From NCBI GenBank assembly GCA_963846575.1, contig CAWJWJ010000001.1, positions 800,001 through 864,000 of the forward strand: 64,000 nt of DNA, written 5' to 3'. Source of the DNA: an uncultured Nitrospiraceae bacterium (GTDB lineage: Bacteria > Nitrospirota > Nitrospiria > Nitrospirales > Nitrospiraceae). Under the pieces are notes generated by a model. It was not told the DNA's origin. It saw only the letters and a list, made by a program, of their open reading frames with translations, and searched no databases. Position 1 is the first letter of the stretch. Every line of letters starts with the position of its first letter. This document shows, in pieces, positions 57,641-64,000 of the stretch. A program made the position numbers and the translations under genes.

Positions 57641-58501
57641 GTGACCTCACGGATCCTTACCCACCTTCAGGCGCTAGTTGGAGAGCGGCATCCAGTGACG
57701 GCGCCGACACACCTGGCTGTGGTCGAAGACTATCTTGCCGCCGGCTTTAAGGCCATGGGGTATGAGGTCGCTCGGCAGCCCTTCGAGGCCTTGGGTGGAA
57801 CCTATTACAACGTGGTCGCAACCAGGCACGATCGTATTACCTCCGGCAGGTTCCCACCACTAGTCATCGGCGCGCACTACGATACAGTGCCCGGTTCGCC
57901 AGGGGCCGACGATAATGCGAGTGCGCTGGCGGTATTGCTGGAGACAGCGGAGGCCCTCGTCGGGGCATCCCTCATACGACCGCTTCGGTTCGTCGCTTTC
58001 TGCCTGGAGGAGCAAGGCCTGCTGGGAAGCTCGGCCTATGTGGCGATGTTACGACGGCAGCAGGAGGCGCTCGCGGGTGCGATTATCTTGGAATGTGTCG
58101 GTTATGCGCAGTTGGAAGAAGGGACGCAGCGTGTCCCTTCAGGTGTACCGGTCGTTGTTCCCACGGTCGGCAATTTTTTAGCTGTCGTCGGTAACGAAGC
58201 CTCCAAAGGCTTGACCAGGGCTGTCGAACAGACGATGCGGGCGTATGTTCCCATGGTCCAGTTGGTAGTTCCTGGCCAGGGAGAAATTCTGCCGGATACC
58301 AGGCGGAGTGATCATGTGGCATTCTGGGAACAGGGATTTTCTGCCGTCATGCTGACTGATACAGCGAATTTCAGGAATCCACACTATCATCAATCGAGCG
58401 ATACGCTGGAGACCTTGAATCTGGACTTCATGAGCCAGATCGCGAACGGGGTTGCGGCGACCGCGATCCAACTGGCCGGAATCGGAGACCATGCCTCGTA
58501 G
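57641..58501 (+). CDS. M28 family peptidase
   Basis: GAHYDT, PGADDNAS, EEQG, RSDH, PHYH…DT. Confidence 0.88.
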   Translation: MTSRILTHLQALVGERHPVTAPTHLAVVEDYLAAGFKAMGYEVARQPFEALGGTYYNVVATRHDRITSGRFPPLVIGAHYDTVPGSPGADDNASALAVLLETAEALVGASLIRPLRFVAFCLEEQGLLGSSAYVAMLRRQQEALAGAIILECVGYAQLEEGTQRVPSGVPVVVPTVGNFLAVVGNEASKGLTRAVEQTMRAYVPMVQLVVPGQGEILPDTRRSDHVAFWEQGFSAVMLTDTANFRNPHYHQSSDTLETLNLDFMSQIANGVAATAIQLAGIGDHAS

Positions 58502-59189
58502 CAGCGTGACGGTTCAGAAGGCTACCCGACGTGTAATCAGGGAACTCTTCGCACGTCTCGATTATGGGCAATTGGGGCCCATCTATTGCGATGAAGGCGG
58601 AGATGAATTTTGGATGGCCAAACGTGGGCCCTGTCTGCGTCTGGGTATGGCTGTCGCGAACGTGCTTGTGACGCGTCTTACGCCCGGGGGCACGAGCCTG
58701 TACGTGGGAGCCGGGGTTCCGGAGATTCCGCCTATTGTCGCGGAAAGTTTAGACCTGGGGCGACGAGTAGTGGCCTGCAATCTACGAAGACAAGAAGTGC
58801 GGATCCTGAATCGTGCCTGCACCGGCCTTTCAGTGCGTTTTCAGCATCGAGACGCCGGCTCCGTTAGAGACCGGGTGGATCATCTCTGGCTGGTCAGTGT
58901 CCTGAACGATCCGGAGCGGTTTCCGGAACTGTCGACGCTGTCGTACGGGCAGGCCAATCCTGTGACATTCAAGGCACGCAAATTCCTTCTGCAGCAGCGG
59001 ACGGTCGCGAGGCTGGTTGACCGGTGTCTCAGTCGACTCACCGTCCCTGGATTGGTGACAACAACGGTGGAAGAGGCCGTGTGGATCGCTGAATGGTGCC
59101 ACCGAACAGGAACCCCCTACCGCATCGAACCCCGGACGTTTGCTTCGCCTACGGTCGGGGATCCGATATGCCTGATGCGGATCGGATAG
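58491..59189 (+). CDS. Hypothetical protein (possible SAM-binding fold)
   Basis: Overlaps the upstream stop; SLYVGAG glycine-rich loop. Confidence 0.6.
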   Translation: MPRSSVTVQKATRRVIRELFARLDYGQLGPIYCDEGGDEFWMAKRGPCLRLGMAVANVLVTRLTPGGTSLYVGAGVPEIPPIVAESLDLGRRVVACNLRRQEVRILNRACTGLSVRFQHRDAGSVRDRVDHLWLVSVLNDPERFPELSTLSYGQANPVTFKARKFLLQQRTVARLVDRCLSRLTVPGLVTTTVEEAVWIAEWCHRTGTPYRIEPRTFASPTVGDPICLMRIG

Positions 59190-59232
59190 GAGAACGAGGG
59201 GGCACTGTGGCAGAACCGGCCGTGGCGGGGAG

Positions 59233-59772
59233 TTACACCCAGAATCCCGGAGCCGGCTTATCCGGGCCGAAGAGGTACTGGCGGGAGTAGCCCACATAGT
59301 TCTGCGCCGATTCACGGATCCAGGCGAGTTCCTGCTCGGTCACGGGACGTTTGACCTTCGCCGGTGATCCCAAAACCAGACTCTTGGGCTCAACGATGGT
59401 GCCGGGCGTGACTAGAGCGCCGGCGGCGACCACGGAATCTTCGCCGATGACGACGCCATCCATGATGATCGCCCCCATTCCGACCAAGACACGGTCCTGA
59501 ATGGTGCAGCCATGCAGCACGACATGGTGCCCGATGGTTACGTCGCTACCGATGATCAGAGGATGCGTGTCATGCGTGACGTGCAGCGCGCAGAGATCCT
59601 GCACGTTCGTCCGGTCGCCGATCCTGATGTAGTTCACGTCTCCGCGAATGACCGCGTGAAACCAGGCGCTACTGTCTTCGCCCATGACGACATCACCAAT
59701 GACTACGGCGGTTTCTTCGATATAGCAGGACTGAGGGATGGTCGGCTTGACACCACGAAATGTCCGAATCAT
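59233..59772 (-). CDS. Gamma carbonic anhydrase-family hexapeptide-repeat protein
   Basis: VIRGD, NVQD..LH, IGH..VLHGC, GSPAK. Confidence 0.92.
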   Translation of the reverse strand: MIRTFRGVKPTIPQSCYIEETAVVIGDVVMGEDSSAWFHAVIRGDVNYIRIGDRTNVQDLCALHVTHDTHPLIIGSDVTIGHHVVLHGCTIQDRVLVGMGAIIMDGVVIGEDSVVAAGALVTPGTIVEPKSLVLGSPAKVKRPVTEQELAWIRESAQNYVGYSRQYLFGPDKPAPGFWV

Positions 59773-59855
59773 GAGCACAATTTAGGATAGCTTCGAATGG
59801 AATAGCAAGCTTGACGTTTGACAGGCTTTTCAAGCGTCTCGTAGACTGCCGGGAT

Positions 59856-61310
59856 ATGGCTTCATCACTTATCACACCATCACGCCTCAAGCAGGGTAAA
59901 CCCACGATCGGTTTCGTGAACCTCGGCTGCTCCAAAAATCAGGTGGATTCCGAGGTCATGCTCGGCACGCTGGTCGCGGGGGGGTTCCAACTCACGGGCG
60001 ATGCGCGCGCCGCCGAAGTGGTCATCATCAATACCTGCGGCTTCATTGAGGAGGCGAAACAGGAATCGATCAACAGCATCATTGAACATGGGCGTCTGAA
60101 AAAGTCCGGTTCGTGCCGGGTGTTGATTGCGGCCGGCTGCCTGGCGCAACGGTACCAGGGAGAGTTGCTAAAGGAGTTGCCGGAACTGGACGGGGTGGTC
60201 GGAACGGGAGAATTCGGGCGCATTGCGGAGATCTGTCGTAGTCTGCTGACTCCCAAGGCGCGTCAACAACGAGTGTGGCTCGGGCAGCCCCCGTATCTCT
60301 ATGACGCGGAGACGCCGCGCATCCGCCTCGGAACTCCCCATAGTGCCTATTTAAAAATCGCCGAAGGCTGTAACCGCAATTGCGCCTTCTGTGCGATTCC
60401 CATTATGCGAGGTAAGCAACGGAGCCGACCGATCGAATCAATCGTCACGGAGGCGAAGCGACTGGCTCAAGAAGGAGTCAAGGAGCTTAACCTCATTTCA
60501 CAGGACACGATCAATTACGGGGTGGATCTCGGCCTCCGGCAAGGCCTGACGACTCTCTTGCGTGAGTTGGTCACGGTTAAAGGCGTGCGATGGATTAGGC
60601 CGTTTTACCTCTATCCGCAGCAGGTCACCGACGAACTGTTGGCGCTCTATGCCGGAGAAGCACAGATTACGAAGTATCTCGATATGCCCTTGCAACACAT
60701 CAGTGATGGCATGCTCAAACGCATGCATCGGTTAGGCGATCGCAAGCATTTGACCGGGCTGGTTGAGCGCATCCGTGCCAGGATTCCGGGCGTATTTTTC
60801 CGCACAGCCTTTATCGTCGGATTTCCTGGTGAGACCGATGACATGTTCGAGGAACTGAAGCAGTTCATGATCGACATGGAGTTTGACCGCGCCGCGGTAT
60901 TTCTCTATTCCGATGAAGAGGGCACATCTGCGGTGGACCTCGATCGCAAGGTCGATCGTGCGGTCATGGAGGAGCGTCGCAATGAACTCCTGGCCGTACA
61001 AGATTCCATCTCGGCGGCAAAAAACCGTGATTACCTGGGGCGCACCGTTGAAGTGCTTGTGGATGGGAGATCCGAGGAATCCGACCGGTTACTCGAGGCG
61101 AGGCATGAAGGCCTGGCTCCGGAAATAGACGGGGTGGTCTATTGCGAGTCTGGAACCGCCCTGCCCGGTGAGTTTGTCTCGGTGACGGTGACTGATGTGG
61201 TGGGGTACGATTTGATCACTCAACCGGTCGACCGGACTGCTGCCCCAGGGCCTGCTCCCGTTTCGCCGTCGCTTCTCATGCCCAAAAAAGCCGGGGCAGG
61301 CTACCGGTAG
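59856..61310 (+). CDS. rimO: Ribosomal protein S12 methylthiotransferase
   Basis: LGCSKNQVDSE, NTCGFI, GCNRNCAFC, APEIDG; C-terminal TRAM domain. Confidence 0.95.
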   Translation: MASSLITPSRLKQGKPTIGFVNLGCSKNQVDSEVMLGTLVAGGFQLTGDARAAEVVIINTCGFIEEAKQESINSIIEHGRLKKSGSCRVLIAAGCLAQRYQGELLKELPELDGVVGTGEFGRIAEICRSLLTPKARQQRVWLGQPPYLYDAETPRIRLGTPHSAYLKIAEGCNRNCAFCAIPIMRGKQRSRPIESIVTEAKRLAQEGVKELNLISQDTINYGVDLGLRQGLTTLLRELVTVKGVRWIRPFYLYPQQVTDELLALYAGEAQITKYLDMPLQHISDGMLKRMHRLGDRKHLTGLVERIRARIPGVFFRTAFIVGFPGETDDMFEELKQFMIDMEFDRAAVFLYSDEEGTSAVDLDRKVDRAVMEERRNELLAVQDSISAAKNRDYLGRTVEVLVDGRSEESDRLLEARHEGLAPEIDGVVYCESGTALPGEFVSVTVTDVVGYDLITQPVDRTAAPGPAPVSPSLLMPKKAGAGYR

Positions 61311-61342
61311 ATGTTCCTCTCCCGACAGCCTGCCCCGGTTCG

Positions 61343-62815
61343 TTACACCTTGGCGCTTAGATACAGCGATGCACCACGCCGATTAACCAAGACCAGTACG
61401 TTCTGTCCCTTCTTGAGGTCTGAGGAGACTCGATCGTAATCCTTGATCGACGTGACCGGCTTACGATTGATCTCCCGGATGACGTCACCCGGCATCAACC
61501 CGGCTCGCTCGGCTTCGCTCTCCGGATCCACAGAGGTCACGACCACGCCTTGAATCTTCCCCTTGAGACCCAGTTCCTGAGCGGTCTCTCGATCAAGCTC
61601 CTGCACCGCGAGTCCGGCCAGAGGTTGATCCGATGATCCCGCCTCCGCCTTTGCGACTTGCTGGTTCTCCGGGAGCTCGCCGATCATAACGGACAAATCC
61701 TTTTCCCGACCATCGCGAATGACCTTCAATGAAGCTGTGCTGCCGACGCTGCTGCGGGTCACCGCCCGTTGAAGCGTGACGGCATCTTCGATCGGAGTGC
61801 CTTGAAATAAAGTGATCACGTCGCCTTGTTTGAGGCCCGCTTTCTCGGCCGGTCCGTCTTCCTTGATGTCGGTCACGAGGGCCCCGTTGTTGCCTTTGAG
61901 GTCAAAGGATTTAGCCAAGTCCTGATTCAGGTCCTGTATTCCGATGCCGAGATACCCCCGCACGACCTTGCCGGTCTTGACCAGGCTTTCATAGATGGGC
62001 TTGCTCATGCTGGTCGGCACCGCGAATCCTACACCCTGGTATCCCCCGCTCTGGGAGAAAATCGCGGTGTTGATGCCGATCAGCTCTCCCCTGGTGTTGA
62101 CCAATGCGCCGCCGCTGTTTCCGGGGTTAATGGCGGCATCGGTCTGGATGAAGTCTTCGTACTGCGTAATCCCCATGTGCCCACGACCCAGGGCGCTCAC
62201 GATTCCCAGGGTTACCGTGGAATTCAATCCGAAGGGGTTGCCGACCGCCAGCACATATTCTCCAACCTGCAGGCGGCTGGAATCGCCCCAGGGGACGGAT
62301 GGCAGGTTTTGAGCATCGATCTTTACCACCGCGATGTCGCTCTTGGGATCGCTACCGACGATGCGACCCTTGAATTCCCGTTTGTCGGGCAGTGTGATGG
62401 TGACGGTTTTGGCACCATCGATCACATGGTTGTTGGTCAGGACATACCCGTCCGGTGTAACGATCACACCCGACCCCTGCCCGCCTCCGCGCCGCTCCCG
62501 AGGTTCCGGTCCGAATCGGCGAGGTCCGAACGGAGAGCCGAAGAATTCGTCCATTCGCCCTCGAGGGTGCGTCGAATCAGTCACCTGTTCTGCTGCACTC
62601 GTGGTGATATTCACCACGGCGGGTGTGACGGTCTTCGCCACATCTGCGAATCCCGCGGACGGGAGGACGCCGGATGGGACGGTGGAATGTTCGGCGACAA
62701 CCGGTGCAGGGTTCGAGGCGTGCGAGGTCGTGAGCGAAGCATAGCTCCAAATGAGGGTTGCGCCGAGAACGGCGACGCCGGCAAAGGTGCCCGCGGATGG
62801 CATAGGTCGATTCAT
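61343..62815 (-). CDS. DegQ/HtrA-family serine endoprotease with two PDZ domains
   Basis: TNNHV, SDIAV, GNPFG, INPGNSGG. Confidence 0.95.
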   Translation of the reverse strand: MNRPMPSAGTFAGVAVLGATLIWSYASLTTSHASNPAPVVAEHSTVPSGVLPSAGFADVAKTVTPAVVNITTSAAEQVTDSTHPRGRMDEFFGSPFGPRRFGPEPRERRGGGQGSGVIVTPDGYVLTNNHVIDGAKTVTITLPDKREFKGRIVGSDPKSDIAVVKIDAQNLPSVPWGDSSRLQVGEYVLAVGNPFGLNSTVTLGIVSALGRGHMGITQYEDFIQTDAAINPGNSGGALVNTRGELIGINTAIFSQSGGYQGVGFAVPTSMSKPIYESLVKTGKVVRGYLGIGIQDLNQDLAKSFDLKGNNGALVTDIKEDGPAEKAGLKQGDVITLFQGTPIEDAVTLQRAVTRSSVGSTASLKVIRDGREKDLSVMIGELPENQQVAKAEAGSSDQPLAGLAVQELDRETAQELGLKGKIQGVVVTSVDPESEAERAGLMPGDVIREINRKPVTSIKDYDRVSSDLKKGQNVLVLVNRRGASLYLSAKV

Positions 62816-62920
62816 ACGTTCCTCCTCCAGGTAAACATTAGTCCGTGCGGATCAGGTCACATGAGTGTGACCGTCATGTGGAGGGTAACAATCTGGAATG
62901 AGAAGCGTATTAGCTGGGGA

Positions 62921-64000
62921 TTAGAAGTCGTTAAGCTGACTGGGCGCCAACGGAAGCACAATGGTAAAGGTCGATCCCTTCCCGACCTCGCTTTGAACGT
63001 CGATGTGTCCGTGGTGCGACTCCGCGATCCAGGCGCAGATGGCCAGTCCGAGACCGGTGCCTTTTTTCGTATGGGCCCGCGCGTCGTCTGTTCGAAAGAA
63101 CCGATCGAAAATCTGTCTGTGCGCCTCCTGAGGGATCCCGATGCCATGGTCGCGAACGGAAAGCCGGACCGTCTGGGCTTCCACCTGGAGATCGATCTCC
63201 ACGCGCCCTTGCGGATAGGAGTACTTTACGGCATTGTCGACGATATTCAGAATAAGCTCCCTCAAGCGCAATTCGTCACCGCGGACCGTGGCCGGCTGAA
63301 TTGTGCCGAGCACGACTTCCACTCCACGGCCTTGGTCGAGGAGCCCGGCCTGGCGCTGGATATCCTCCACCAGGACATCCAACCGAACCGGCTCACATTC
63401 CGTTTTGATTTGTCCCAGATCGGCTCGCGACAGAAACAACAATTCCTCGACAATGCGTGACATGCGATCGATTTCTTCGAGATTGCTCTCCAGCACCGCA
63501 ATATAATCTTCTACCGGGCGGGCACGGCGAAGCACGAGTTCGCTTTCGCCCTTCATCACGGTCAGTGGTGTGCGCAGTTCGTGGGAGGCATCGCTGCTAA
63601 ACTGCCTGATTTGCGCAAAGGAGGTTTCCAGGCGCGCAATCATGTCGTTGAAGGTGTCGGTGAGGCGCCCGATTTCGTCCGAGCTCCGTTCAGACGTGAG
63701 GCGTTGCGTGAGGTCACCCGCCGCGATACGTTGCGCAGCGATGGTGATCGAGTCGACCGGCCGAAGCGCACGTCCGGCCAGAAACCACCCTCCCGCCAAC
63801 GAGACCACCAGCGCGATGGGGGCCATGACCACCAGGACCAGGAGGAAGCGCCGCAACGTTTCCTCGACGCCCTCGAGAGTGGTACCGACCTGCACGATGT
63901 AGAGGAGGGATCCGCGATAGATAATGGGAACGGAAACCAGGCGCAGAGGCGGTTCATTGGGGTACCGGGCCGATTCGAACACGGTGCTACCTGTAAAGGC
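62921..64000 (-). CDS. HAMP-containing sensor histidine kinase (CusS/OmpR-partner type), 5'-partial
   Basis: TM, HAMP, ASHELRTP, DNAVKY, DHGIG, GTGLGL; frame is open to the window end. Confidence 0.93.
   Translation of the reverse strand, partial: AFTGSTVFESARYPNEPPLRLVSVPIIYRGSLLYIVQVGTTLEGVEETLRRFLLVLVVMAPIALVVSLAGGWFLAGRALRPVDSITIAAQRIAAGDLTQRLTSERSSDEIGRLTDTFNDMIARLETSFAQIRQFSSDASHELRTPLTVMKGESELVLRRARPVEDYIAVLESNLEEIDRMSRIVEELLFLSRADLGQIKTECEPVRLDVLVEDIQRQAGLLDQGRGVEVVLGTIQPATVRGDELRLRELILNIVDNAVKYSYPQGRVEIDLQVEAQTVRLSVRDHGIGIPQEAHRQIFDRFFRTDDARAHTKKGTGLGLAICAWIAESHHGHIDVQSEVGKGSTFTIVLPLAPSQLNDF

Noticed and set aside
61826..63460. 544-aa plus-strand ORF
   Set aside because: Antisense shadow of degQ and the kinase gene, with no protein-like motifs

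Overview
This window is mostly conserved bacterial chromosome with moderately high GC. Gene style and order suggest a Nitrospira-like organism, which is an inference. Core genes include priA (partial), queE, pepA, nagZ, tatA-like, tig-clpP-clpX, mscL, tRNA-Ser-ffs-dnaX-ybaB-recR-dksA, trmFO-xerC-hslV-hslU-argB, rimO and degQ, plus four tRNAs and several two-component genes. The standout feature is a compact, apparently intact ~6.4 kb integrative element in tRNA-Val(CAC) (45914-52290). It is bounded by a perfect 49-bp att repeat and encodes a tyrosine integrase, an excisionase-like HTH protein, a Rep_trans rolling-circle initiator with a candidate nick-site hairpin, and a PIN toxin-antitoxin pair. 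Its only other cargo is an Rhs metallopeptidase toxin tip plus a candidate immunity gene, sandwiched between two truncated Rhs homology segments. Other oddities are a PriA lacking its helicase motifs, a PAS kinase with a degenerate ATP-binding domain, a TatA with a second amphipathic-helix copy, a tandem desulforedoxin-like protein, and repeat-expanded envelope proteins (two OmpA rods and AsmA). There is also a possible relic island next to tRNA-Leu(GAG). All calls come from reading motifs by eye; no searches were run.
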